Shown one piece after another: positions 49,029 to 58,525 of a stretch of 64,000 nucleotides of DNA (its first letter is position 1; every line of letters starts with the position of its first letter). Position numbers and translations under genes: made by a program. Source of the DNA: an uncultured bacterium (GTDB lineage: Bacteria; Verrucomicrobiota; Verrucomicrobiia; Limisphaerales; UBA8199); NCBI GenBank assembly GCA_963749495.1, contig CAVVMW010000006.1, forward strand, positions 1-64,000. The letters run 5' to 3'. The notes under the pieces are model-generated. The model saw only the letters and a list, made by a program, of their open reading frames with translations, was not told the origin of the DNA and did no database searches.

Positions 49029-52000
49029 ATTTGTGGCGGGTGGTTGGTTGTTCTTTGATCCTGATGAGGGCATTGTTTCGCTTCTGCAGTCGGGCTTTCC
49101 GGATCCGTGGGATACAGCGAGGCGGAGCGCCGATGCGCGCGCGCTTGGACGAGAGCAAATATCGCCGGCAGCACCAACAGGGTGGCTACTGTGGCGACGG
49201 CCAATCCGCCAACGACCGACCGGCCTAGCGGGGCGGTTTGCTGGCCGCCCTCGCCCAGACCCAGGGCCATCGGCACCATGCCAGCGATCATCGCCAGGCT
49301 GGTCATGAGAATGGGCCGCAGTCTGCTGCGGGCTCCTTCTACGGCGGCATCGGACGCGTTCGCTCCCCCCAGCCGGCTGCGTTCGGCAAAGGTAACCAAC
49401 AGGATGGCATTGGCGACCGCGACTCCGACCGCCATAATCGCGCCCATGAACGACTGGATGTTCAGCGTCGTTCCCGTCAGCCACAGCATGAGGACCACAC
49501 CGGCGATCACTCCCGGTGTGGTGGAGACGACCAGGAACGACAGCTTCAGGGATTGGAAATTGGCCGCCAGGAGAAGAAAGATAACCATCACCGCCATCAG
49601 CAGCCCGCTACGCAAGCCATCGAACATTTGCGCGAGCGGGACGATCTGGCCGCGCACCGCCACAGTTATGCCCGGCGGCGGCTGTCCCAGTTTCCTCAAC
49701 GCCTCACTGACTTCTTTGGCCACGCTGCCCAGGTCGGCGCCCGCAATGTTCGCGGTCACTGTCACCATGCGCTGCATATTGTAGCGCTCGTATTGGCCGA
49801 CCGCGGTGCCATCCGTAACTTTGGCGACATTGCGAAGCAGCAGGCTCTGGCCGCCGTGGTCCATCACGGGCACGTTCCTCGCCTGTTCGAGCGAGTCCAT
49901 CCGCGCCTGAGGGACCTGCACTTGAACCTGGTAGGCCACCCCGCTGTTTGGGTCGGCCCAGTAGTTGGGAACGACAAACCGGCTGGACGAGGTGGCGGTC
50001 ACCAGCGCGCGCGACACGTCGGCCATCTTGACCCCCATGACGCCGGCCTTCTCGCGATCTACGTTCACGTCCACCGTCGGATAATCCAGTGCTTGGCCAA
50101 ACTGGAGGTCGCGCAGGGAAGGGATTCGTTGGAGGGCAGCTTTGACCTGCTCGCCAAAGGCATGGTCGGCAGCGAGATTCTGGCCGCTGACCGCTATCTC
50201 GATCGGCGTCGGCGAACCTAGGCTCATCACGCGGCTCACGATATCGCTTGGTTCGAAGGAGAAAGTGACTCCCGGCAGCTTTTCCGCGAAAACGCGCCGT
50301 AGCCGTTCCTTCAAATCTTCGATGCGCACTGGTGTGCCGGGTTTCAACTGCACTTGCAGCACACCTTCCTCTGGGCCGCCATTCCAGAGGTAAATGAAAT
50401 TGATCGGGTAGGGTGAACCATGGACGCCGAGGAACCCCAGGGTAATCTCGATATTTTGCGGACCGACCTCCTGTTTGATGAGGTCCAACGCCTGTATTGC
50501 GACCGCTTCGGTGCCGCTAATCTGCATGCCCGTCGGGGCTCGCAAGCGCAGTTGAATCTGTCCGGCGTCCACTTTCGGGAATATCTCCGTGCCCAGACGC
50601 CTCCCCAGAACCACAATGACCACCGCCGCCAACACCAGGTAAACACCGACCGTGACCCAGCGCGCTCCAACCAGTTTCCGGCCCAGCCCGGCATACCGCT
50701 GCTGAAAGCGACCGAAACGGCTTTCGGCCGCGGTGTCGCCCGTGGCGGCTATCTCGTGCCCGCGCAAGACCCAAACCGACAGGATGGGCACGAGCGTGCT
50801 CGACAACAGATAGGAGGTCACCATGGCAAAGCCGACCGCCAGCGACAGCGGCAGGAACATCGCTTTAGCGGCGCCCACCATGAAGAAGGTGGGACTGAAT
50901 ATCGCCAGGATGCATAACATCGCCAGCAATCGCGGCACCGTGGTCTCGGTCGTGGCGTCCAGCGCCGCACGACCGACCGATCGGCCTCGCATCAGGTGCG
51001 TATGAATGTTTTCGATGGTAACAGTCGCCTCGTCCACCAGGATGCCAACGGCCAGAGCCAGCCCGCCCAAAGTCATAATGTTGATGGTCTGCCGGGTCAG
51101 CCACAAAGCCAGCACTGAGCCCATCAAGGACAGAGGAATGTTGATGACGACGATCAAGGCGCTCCGCCAGTCCCGCAGGAACAACAGCACCATCAGGCCC
51201 GTCAGCACTGCGCCCAGGGCGCCTTCCAGCGTCAGGCCGCCAATGGCGCGCGTGACATAAGGGGATTGGTCAAACTCATAGCTGACTTTGACGTCCGGCG
51301 GCAGCACGCTCTGGAATTTGGGCAGGTTAACCTTGACCAGGTTGACCACCGAGAGGGTGGAAGCAGTCGAGCGCTTCGTGACAGGGATATAAACCGTGCG
51401 GCGGCCATTGACCAGTGCGTAACTGGTCACGATGTCCGAACCGTCAATCACCTGGCCCACGTCCCGCAGGAAGACCGTAGGAAACGTCCCGGTCCGAATG
51501 GGCACTCCTTCCAGGTCCTTGATATTCCGGGCCACTGAATTGAGGGGCACCATGGGATATTTCCCATTGATGGGCATGTTCCCCGACGGGCTGATGAGGT
51601 TGGCCGCCGTGACGGCGGCTACGACCTCGTCGGGCGACATGTTGTAAGAGCGAAGTCGCTCGGGCTTCAGGTTAACCACTATGCTCCGGGCACTGCCGCC
51701 GAAGGGAGGAGGCGCCGAAACGCCCGGCAGAGTGGCAAAGAGAGGCCTGACCCGGTTCAAGGCCAAGTCCTGCATTTCACCCACGGTCCGGCTGGCGCTG
51801 GAGAACACCAGGTCCCCCACCGGGACGCTCCCCGCATCGAACCGCATGACAAACGGCGGCACGGTCCCAGGCGGCATGAAGGCGCGCGCGCGGTTTACGT
51901 AAGCCACCGTTTCCGACATGGCCTGCGACATGTCCGTACCGGGGTGGAATTGGAGCTTGAGGATGGCCGCGCCTTGGATGGACTTGGACTCGACATGTTC

Positions 52001-52231
52001 GATGCCGGTGATATAGAGGAAATGATATTCGTAATAGTAAGTCAAATAGCCCTCCATCTGGGCTGGGTCCATACCGCCGTAGGGCTGGGCGACGTATATC
52101 GTCGGAATCCCGAGCGTGGGGAAAATATCGCGCGGCATTCGCTTTATGGCCAACAAGGCGCCCAGAATGATGCTAATGATGAGCACCACGAGCGTGAGCG
52201 GGCGGTGGAGAGCGGTTCCAACGAGATTCAT
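48983..52231 (-). CDS. RND efflux permease (AcrB/CzcA superfamily)
   Basis: [37 protein letters not shown]. Confidence 0.95.
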   Translation of the reverse strand: MNLVGTALHRPLTLVVLIISIILGALLAIKRMPRDIFPTLGIPTIYVAQPYGGMDPAQMEGYLTYYYEYHFLYITGIEHVESKSIQGAAILKLQFHPGTDMSQAMSETVAYVNRARAFMPPGTVPPFVMRFDAGSVPVGDLVFSSASRTVGEMQDLALNRVRPLFATLPGVSAPPPFGGSARSIVVNLKPERLRSYNMSPDEVVAAVTAANLISPSGNMPINGKYPMVPLNSVARNIKDLEGVPIRTGTFPTVFLRDVGQVIDGSDIVTSYALVNGRRTVYIPVTKRSTASTLSVVNLVKVNLPKFQSVLPPDVKVSYEFDQSPYVTRAIGGLTLEGALGAVLTGLMVLLFLRDWRSALIVVINIPLSLMGSVLALWLTRQTINIMTLGGLALAVGILVDEATVTIENIHTHLMRGRSVGRAALDATTETTVPRLLAMLCILAIFSPTFFMVGAAKAMFLPLSLAVGFAMVTSYLLSSTLVPILSVWVLRGHEIAATGDTAAESRFGRFQQRYAGLGRKLVGARWVTVGVYLVLAAVVIVVLGRRLGTEIFPKVDAGQIQLRLRAPTGMQISGTEAVAIQALDLIKQEVGPQNIEITLGFLGVHGSPYPINFIYLWNGGPEEGVLQVQLKPGTPVRIEDLKERLRRVFAEKLPGVTFSFEPSDIVSRVMSLGSPTPIEIAVSGQNLAADHAFGEQVKAALQRIPSLRDLQFGQALDYPTVDVNVDREKAGVMGVKMADVSRALVTATSSSRFVVPNYWADPNSGVAYQVQVQVPQARMDSLEQARNVPVMDHGGQSLLLRNVAKVTDGTAVGQYERYNMQRMVTVTANIAGADLGSVAKEVSEALRKLGQPPPGITVAVRGQIVPLAQMFDGLRSGLLMAVMVIFLLLAANFQSLKLSFLVVSTTPGVIAGVVLMLWLTGTTLNIQSFMGAIMAVGVAVANAILLVTFAERSRLGGANASDAAVEGARSRLRPILMTSLAMIAGMVPMALGLGEGGQQTAPLGRSVVGGLAVATVATLLVLPAIFALVQARAHRRSASLYPTDPESPTAEAKQCPHQDQRTTNHPPQICESDLFVWPRAALR

Positions 52232-52279
52232 ACTGTAAAGTCGGAGTATTATTTAGGGTGAGCGCGGGCAGCCATTCTT

Positions 52280-52819
52280 TCAATGAGTGGACTTGTCGGG
52301 CAGATCCACCTGCCAGCCAACGAAATAACCCTTAGGGAACCTCACCAGATCAGCCTCATCGAAATGCCCTTCGGGTTTCCAACCGGGTTGCAGAACAACC
52401 TGGGTGACCTGGTTTGTCTTAATCACCACTGGAACTGTTACCGGTCCATAAAAGTCCGCCTGGGCCTTGACGAAGTAGTTGCCCGGAGGAAGCGTCACCT
52501 CGGCCGGGAATTCGTCCCCACCAGGGAGAGCATTCCAAACGCGTTTGAACCGCTTACCCTCTGGGGTGCAAATCTGGTAGTCTGTGTGCTGATTGCGAAT
52601 GACATCGCCATCGTTGTATTCTTCGGTTTCGGTGCACACCTGCAATTCGCCATCGCGCGTCGAAGAAGCAACTCCGGAGGAACTCGGCCCAACGGGCTCA
52701 AGCACAATAGGAACGGAGGAACACCCCGCAAGAATCAGAACCGAACCAACCGCAAACGCAATCCGATGTTTCATAACTGTGTCCTTTCGGGTTGAAGCCA
52801 AACATTTGAGCAGATTCAT
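52280..52819 (-). CDS. Hypothetical lipoprotein
   Basis: Lipobox LAGC; ATGA overlap with the PadR gene. Confidence 0.75.
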   Translation of the reverse strand: MNLLKCLASTRKDTVMKHRIAFAVGSVLILAGCSSVPIVLEPVGPSSSGVASSTRDGELQVCTETEEYNDGDVIRNQHTDYQICTPEGKRFKRVWNALPGGDEFPAEVTLPPGNYFVKAQADFYGPVTVPVVIKTNQVTQVVLQPGWKPEGHFDEADLVRFPKGYFVGWQVDLPDKSTH

Positions 52820-53148
52820 AAGTTTGTCTCCTTCGGAGAACCCTCGACAACCTCCTCGTAAAGCTCCCGGATTTGTCCCCGCATCAGCTCCAGGACCTTC
52901 CCCCCTTCGGCTGTGAGGCGATAATCCCGCCGTGCCCGCCGCCCGCCCCGCGCCACGGCCTTGCCTTTGAGCCAGCCCAGCCGTTCCATCCGCCTGAGCA
53001 GGGGATACAGCGTGCCCGGGCTGATTTCATACCCGTGCCGGCGCAACTCCGTCAGAATCCACTGCCCGTGCACCGCTTCCGTCCCGGCATGGTGCAGAAT
53101 GTGCAGCTTCCAAAAACTCAGCAAAATCTCGCGATTGACGCCTTTCAT
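52816..53148 (-). CDS. PadR family transcriptional regulator
   Basis: LHILHHA...HGYEISPGTLYPLLRRMERLGWL...YRLTAEG. Confidence 0.92.
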   Translation of the reverse strand: MKGVNREILLSFWKLHILHHAGTEAVHGQWILTELRRHGYEISPGTLYPLLRRMERLGWLKGKAVARGGRRARRDYRLTAEGGKVLELMRGQIRELYEEVVEGSPKETNL

Positions 53149-53392
53149 GCTCTCATCGCTTATTTACGGTCATAGACTCGACAACCGTAACACACACCTT
53201 CTGCTTGTCAAATCGCCGCACCCCCTCCCCGCGGCGACTCCGCACTCCGCATTGCTCCGAGCCCCCGCCGCCGGCCTTGTTTTCAGCTTTCGCCTCTCAG
53301 CGTTTCAGCTTCTCCGTTACCTCCCTCGACTATCAACCATCAACGGCTTCCTGGCAGGCCCCCGCCTCGACGCCCTCCTCACACTCCTTCCT

Positions 53393-53780
53393 TCAGTGCT
53401 CGTGCCGGTGGTGAATGTCGAGACAATGCGGGCGCGCGTGGACAGGTGGTGCATGCCGGCCCGCGCGTGTATGAAACCGGCCCACTGGGTCACTGGCCGC
53501 GTGTACATGCTGATGGTGTTCGTCGTGCGAGTGAAGATGGTCGTGTTCCGTCGGTCAGTGCCCGTGAGCGTGAGGGTGCCATTCCGTCAGGTGCAGCCAG
53601 ACGACTGTGCCCATGCCCAGTGAGAGCAGCGCGGCGGCCGAAAAAGCGCGGCCAGTGCTCACTCGGTCCTGGGCGGTAATGGAGCCGACGATGACGGAGA
53701 TGCTCGCTCGTTGGCACGGGCTGAAGATAATGCTCAGGATGCCCCAAACAACTGCGGCACATAAGGCGACCGGAGCCGCG
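53393..53780 (-). pseudogene. Relic of a DMT/EamA-type transporter with a His-rich tail
   Basis: VWLHLTEWHPHAHGH*PTEHDHLHSHDEHHQHVH...DIHHRHEH*; in-frame stop and most TM segments missing. Confidence 0.65.
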
Positions 53781-54017
53781 CCTTCCACGGCATAAGGCTG
53801 GCTTTGCCTGCCACAACAAAAAAGGTCAAGCAATAAGCAACTAATGGTTAGCCGCGCCGGGCCGGCGCCCGTATAAGGGACGACGATAGCGGGCATGTGA
53901 CTCCCCATTGTCATTAGAGATGACAATAATCGAGAAGGCTGATGGCGGAGATCGGCCCGGCGGGCAGGTTGCAGGCAAGACGCAGACAACGACCATTGCA
54001 GGTTGACGACTTCATTT

Positions 54018-55595
54018 ATGAAACTCGCACAGTACTCCGGCGCCGTAGGCGCATCCCTCACCATTCTGATCCTCTCGTTCCAGCCCTTCCTGGCTGCCGG
54101 GCAGGATTGCATAGACTGCCATCCTGCCATCGTTGCCAAGTGGGCGGGAGGACGTCATGCCAACACCCAAACCGACCTGGCCGGCGAGTTGAGCGCATCG
54201 CACCCTGGGGAAAGCCCTGCCTCGGTCATCCAAGGCGAGGACTGCATCGCCTGCCACAGTCCGACCGCGGTGCAGGCCAACGGCCCCATGAGCGAGGGCC
54301 AGGCCCTGGGCTATTTTTTCACCGCCAGCAACGGACTGTTCAGCGCGGCCACGGCGGCCACCAACACGGCGGCTTGGCCCCACGTCGCCTGTGTTGCGTG
54401 CCACGAGGTGCCCGATGACCATCCCGCCACCTTGCCGGCCTTGGCGCTATTCAACTCGCAAACGGCCCAGCGCGTGGCCACGCCCCTCGCGAGCCAACTC
54501 TGCGGCCAGTGTCACGGGACCCTGCACTTTGCCGACACCGATCACCGGGTGTACGATGCCTGGCTGGCCAGCCGCCATGCCAACACCCAAACCGCCGTCG
54601 CGGACGAACTCAGTGCGTCGCACCCCGGGGAAACCCCTGGCTCAGTCGTCCAAGGCGAGAATTGCATCGGTTGCCATGCTCCGACGGCGGTGCTGGCCAA
54701 CGGCACCATGAGCGAGGGCCAGGCCCTGGGCTATTTTTTCACCACCACCACCAACGGAGTTTTCAGCGCGGACACCGCGCCCAACCATGCCTCCGAATGG
54801 CCGCACATCGCGTGTACCACCTGCCATGATCCGCACGATCCGGTGAAACTCTCCTATTTCAATTCTTCGACGGCCGCGTACCAGACGATGACGAACGCCG
54901 ACCAGATCTGCGGCCAGTGCCACGGCAACTTGCGTTTTCCCGGGACCGATCACCTCACCTACAATCTCATGACCGGCACCGGAGGCATCGGGGTGACCAA
55001 CCAGCAGATGATGCCGGGAGCGGGCTGCGCCGACTGCCACATGTTCGACAGCGGCGTGGACCCGAGCAACTCGAAGTCGTTCCATGGCCACTCCTGGCAG
55101 GTGAACGTGCCGGAGGCGGCAGGCCCGGCCACCAGCGCCTGTACCCAGTGCCATGCGGGCATCGATGCGACCGGCGCCAGCGCCATGATCGCGCAGTGGA
55201 AGGCGGATTTTCAGGCCCTCGACGCGACGGCCGAGGCGAGTGTCACCAGGGCCACCACCGCGATGCAGGGTGTCCAGAACCCAACGCTGCTCGCCGTGCT
55301 GGCCGAGGCACAGCAGAACCTGGCTTATGCCGAAAAGGACGAAGGGCAGGGTGTCCACAATCACACGTTCCTCATGGCCTTGTTGAACGATGCCAATGCC
55401 AAAGCGCTGTCACTGCCTATTCTGAACGCGACGGTGCAAGGGACCAAGGTCGTCATCTCCTGGACCGGAGCTGGGACGCTTCAGGCGGCAGATTCGATCC
55501 TGGGTCCCTGGCACGATGTGTCGGGCGCAACCAACCCGCTGGTTATGGCGCCCGCCGCACAAACCCGGGGCCAGTTCTATCGCCTTCGGCCTTAG
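54018..55595 (+). CDS. Secreted nonaheme cytochrome c with an internal duplication and a C-terminal putative sorting domain
   Basis: Nine CxxCH motifs (CIDCH, CIACH, CVACH, CGQCH, CIGCH, CTTCH, CGQCH, CADCH, CTQCH); GVHN helical region; tail ISWTGAGTLQAAD...W...FYRLRP. Confidence 0.92.
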   Translation: MKLAQYSGAVGASLTILILSFQPFLAAGQDCIDCHPAIVAKWAGGRHANTQTDLAGELSASHPGESPASVIQGEDCIACHSPTAVQANGPMSEGQALGYFFTASNGLFSAATAATNTAAWPHVACVACHEVPDDHPATLPALALFNSQTAQRVATPLASQLCGQCHGTLHFADTDHRVYDAWLASRHANTQTAVADELSASHPGETPGSVVQGENCIGCHAPTAVLANGTMSEGQALGYFFTTTTNGVFSADTAPNHASEWPHIACTTCHDPHDPVKLSYFNSSTAAYQTMTNADQICGQCHGNLRFPGTDHLTYNLMTGTGGIGVTNQQMMPGAGCADCHMFDSGVDPSNSKSFHGHSWQVNVPEAAGPATSACTQCHAGIDATGASAMIAQWKADFQALDATAEASVTRATTAMQGVQNPTLLAVLAEAQQNLAYAEKDEGQGVHNHTFLMALLNDANAKALSLPILNATVQGTKVVISWTGAGTLQAADSILGPWHDVSGATNPLVMAPAAQTRGQFYRLRP

Positions 55596-55837
55596 CTGCA
55601 GACTTCCCAACACCTCGTCCTGAAAGCCGGAGGCGTGGATCTGTTCGGAGATTTCCTGTGATTCAGCCGGTCGTCGAGAAATTCTTCGCGGCAGAGCCAG
55701 GGCCGTTTCCGCACGAATTCCTGTTCCATCATCTCGATATGCGCTGCCGGTCCGCCAAAGGCTGTCGTGCCGAGCTTGAGGAACACCATAGCCAACTCTT
55801 GCAGGTCTGTGGTGTTCACCGGGCGCGCGTCGCTCAT
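55592..55837 (-). pseudogene. chrA: Second chrA, N-terminal relic
   Basis: FLKLGTTAFGGPAAHIEMMEQEFVRKRPWL...EFLD, then breaks off. Confidence 0.85.
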
Positions 55838-55854
55838 AGGAGTCTCCTCAGCGG

Positions 55855-56201
55855 CCGGGGCTGTGCAACTTCATCTGATCACGCCACTCGCTTACGACGC
55901 GCCCAGGCAAGGAGCCGACCATTACGGATACGGTGATACTGAGGTTGGCGTGAAGTACCGCATCATTCAGGAGACAGGCCGGTTTCCTCAAGCGGGCGTG
56001 TTTCCTCTCTTGGAAATCCCGACAGGCAACGCCAGTCACGGCTTGGGCAGCGGACATGTGCAGGCGTTTCTGCCACTATGGCTGCAAAAGGATTTGGGGT
56101 CTTCGACCGTTTACGGCGGCGGAGGTTATGGCATCAATCCGGGCGCGGACAAGCGCAACTGGACGTTCTTCGGCGTGGTCGCACAGTGCCATCCGCGGTG
56201 A
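55855..56201 (+). pseudogene. Outer-membrane beta-barrel transporter fragment
   Basis: YGYGDTEVGVKYR...FPLLEIPTGN...GLGSG...LPLWLQK; both ends are missing. Confidence 0.65.
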
Positions 56202-56285
56202 CGCCGGGAGAGCCAGCGACGCCGCGCCATTCAGGGATGGCCTGAGCTGCTCTGGAAGACCCCTTCCTCAGCGCTGGAATAATCG

Positions 56286-56311
56286 TGAGGGATTCGGTCT
56301 TCTGCGGCGTA
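56286..56311 (+). promoter_or_regulatory. Putative CnrH-type ECF promoter, motif B copy 3
   Basis: TGAGGGATTCGGTCTTCTGCGGCGTA. Confidence 0.75.
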
Positions 56312-56359
56312 ATAGAGAATAGAGGCCGGCCGGTTGGTTCGGCCACGAAAGACAAAAAC

Positions 56360-56764
56360 ATGAAAAATCTGAACATAGTCCTGCTCATCGCGGCCCTCGC
56401 CGGAACCTTCAACCTGGCCGCCAACGCCAGCGCCCAATACAAGCCCACCGGAGTTGACGGCATTACCGCCTCGCCGAGGGTCCGCAAGATGCTCGATGAA
56501 GCGGCAGCCGCCAGGAGCATCACGCCCTCAACGCCCTCTGTCGCGGCCACATACCGGAACCCCGGCCTGGCAGGAGTCACTGCCTCGCCGAGGGTCAGCA
56601 AGATGCTGGCCGAACAAAGGGTCGCCGTTTCCGGCGCGCCCGCGGCCGAAGCAGCCCCCGCCGGCTATCGAGCCACCGGCGCAGACGGCATCACCGCCTC
56701 ACCGAAAGTCCGCCAGCAACTCGACGAGCGCAGCACTCAGTTCATGATCGCCCCGGTCAAATAG
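56360..56764 (+). CDS. Small secreted protein with three G(I/V)TASP(R/K)V repeats
   Basis: Signal peptide ending ASA; GITASPRVRKML, GVTASPRVSKML, GITASPKVRQQL. Confidence 0.85.
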   Translation: MKNLNIVLLIAALAGTFNLAANASAQYKPTGVDGITASPRVRKMLDEAAAARSITPSTPSVAATYRNPGLAGVTASPRVSKMLAEQRVAVSGAPAAEAAPAGYRATGADGITASPKVRQQLDERSTQFMIAPVK

Positions 56765-56829
56765 GCCCTGGCCAGTAACCGGTTGCACCCGGTTGCCGAG
56801 AGCGATAACTTCCCGTTGCCCTTTGCCGT

Positions 56830-57177
56830 ATGAAATACAATTCCGAACCCGAAAATGACGACCCGTTGCGCAAGGTTTTGCGCGAATGGAAAGTGGACGT
56901 GCCGCTGCCTCCTCGTTTTCAGGAACAAGTGTGGCAGCGGATTGCGCGAGCGGAAATCCAGCCCCAATCACCGCCATGGGCAGCGCTCTTGCGCCTGCTG
57001 GAATCCGTCCTGCCGCGCCCTAAGTTCGCCGTTGCCTGCCTGTTGGTTTTCCTGGCGTTGGGAGTGGCGGCGGGGGCAGTGGCGGCACACCTCAAGACCA
57101 ATCGGCTGGACTCTGAGCTAAGCCTGCGCTATGTCCAGTCGGTTGACCCATATCGAGCCGACAGTTCGCAGCCATGA
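56830..57177 (+). CDS. Putative anti-sigma factor (CnrY position)
   Basis: DDPLRKVLREW...FQEQVWQRI, single TM, YVQSVDP; first gene of a three-gene ECF block. Confidence 0.7.
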   Translation: MKYNSEPENDDPLRKVLREWKVDVPLPPRFQEQVWQRIARAEIQPQSPPWAALLRLLESVLPRPKFAVACLLVFLALGVAAGAVAAHLKTNRLDSELSLRYVQSVDPYRADSSQP

Positions 57178-57677
57178 AGAAAGGCGCCATTGTCCTATTG
57201 CTTGGCCTGCTCCTGGGCACAGCGGGGTTCTCGGGGTTTTATTACTTCGGCACGGCCTCCTGCCGGAACATGATGCGTGAGCCGCAGCCGGAACTGGCCT
57301 GGCTAAAGAAGGAATTCAAGCTGAGCGACGCGGAGTTTGCCCGCATCTCCCAGTTGCACGCCGCCTACCTGCCCCAGTGCGCAAAACGCTGCCAGCGCAT
57401 CGAAGAGCAGAACCGGAAGCTGCGCCAGTTGTTCACACAGGCCACCAACATCACCCCGGAAATCCAGGCCCTGCTGGCCGAGCGCGCCAGGACGCGCGCC
57501 GACTGCGAAGCCGAGATGATGAAGCACTTTTTGGAGGTCAGCCGGACCATGCCCCCGGAACAGGGGCGGCGTTATCTGGAGTGGGTGGAGAAGCAGACGT
57601 TCCTGCACGGCCAGGCGATGGAAGAACGCCATCGCATCGAAAAGGGCGGCCAGATGGCCCACGAGCATCACGTGTAG
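57174..57677 (+). CDS. Periplasmic heavy-metal sensor (CnrX/Spy-CpxP-like)
   Basis: N-terminal TM, ELAWLKKEFKLSDAEF, LH...C...C, MMKH...MPPEQ. Confidence 0.8.
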   Translation: MKKGAIVLLLGLLLGTAGFSGFYYFGTASCRNMMREPQPELAWLKKEFKLSDAEFARISQLHAAYLPQCAKRCQRIEEQNRKLRQLFTQATNITPEIQALLAERARTRADCEAEMMKHFLEVSRTMPPEQGRRYLEWVEKQTFLHGQAMEERHRIEKGGQMAHEHHV

Positions 57678-57688
57678 CACGTCGAGCT

Positions 57689-58282
57689 ATGAACGAACCC
57701 GACTGCGAGGCGCAGGATGGACAAGACATGGCACGCCTGGCCGGCGGGCACGACGCTGCGCTCAATGACCTGATGGACCGCCACGCCGAGAGGCTGTTCC
57801 ATTATCTGGTTCGCTCCTTGCAGAATGAGGAAGACGCCGCCGACCTGGCACAAGAAACCTTCGCCAGGGTTTGCCGGAACCGGGCGAAATTCGACCCGAA
57901 CCAGAAATTCACCACTTGGCTTTACGCCATTGCCAGCAACCTGGTGCGCGACCGTTACCGCTGGCGCTCGCGTCATCCGCGGGTTTCTCTGGAGGCCCAG
58001 GACGAACGAGCGGGGGCCGGCCTCAATGACGGCCTTCGTGCTTCAGAACCATCTCCTGACCAGCGGCTGCAAACCGAAGAGCGAGCGGATGCCGTGCGCC
58101 GGGCCGTCGCCGCGCTCCCGCAAGAACTGCGGCAACCGCTCGTTCTGGCCGTGTACGAGGACCTGCCGCAGGCTCAAATCGCCGCCATTCTCAACTGTTC
58201 CGTCAAGGCCGTCGAAACCCGCATCTACCGCGCGCGGCAACAACTGCGCCTGGTCCTGGCGCCGTTGGTGCAAACGCCATGA
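57689..58282 (+). CDS. ECF sigma factor (CnrH-like)
   Basis: DAADLAQETF, FTTWLYAIASNL, SVKAVETRIYRAR. Confidence 0.92.
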   Translation: MNEPDCEAQDGQDMARLAGGHDAALNDLMDRHAERLFHYLVRSLQNEEDAADLAQETFARVCRNRAKFDPNQKFTTWLYAIASNLVRDRYRWRSRHPRVSLEAQDERAGAGLNDGLRASEPSPDQRLQTEERADAVRRAVAALPQELRQPLVLAVYEDLPQAQIAAILNCSVKAVETRIYRARQQLRLVLAPLVQTP

Positions 58283-58300
58283 AAGAATTCTGATTAGATT

Positions 58301-58343
58301 TTAATCTGGCGTTAATCATCCTTTAATGATCCGGTGCTATAAT
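58301..58343 (+). promoter_or_regulatory. OmpR/PhoB-type direct repeats and extended -10 element
   Basis: TTAAT at 58301, 58312 and 58323 (11-bp period), then TGcTATAAT. Confidence 0.65.
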
Positions 58344-58360
58344 GAGAACAGTCCAGGCGC

Positions 58361-58510
58361 ATGCGACTGTTGCTCATAGAAGACGAAAAGAAAGTCGCCG
58401 ACTTCATTGCCCGCGGCTTGCGGGCCGATGGGTTGGCGGTGGATGTCGCGTACGACGGTCTGGAGGGCTGGGAACTGGCCTCCGGGGTTGATTACGATGT
58501 GATGCATTAG
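58361..58510 (+). pseudogene. OmpR-family response regulator, internally deleted
   Basis: MRLLLIEDEKKVADFIARGL...YDVMH*; stops before the phospho-accepting Asp. Confidence 0.85.
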
Positions 58511-58525
58511 TGAGGCTGTCGAGGC

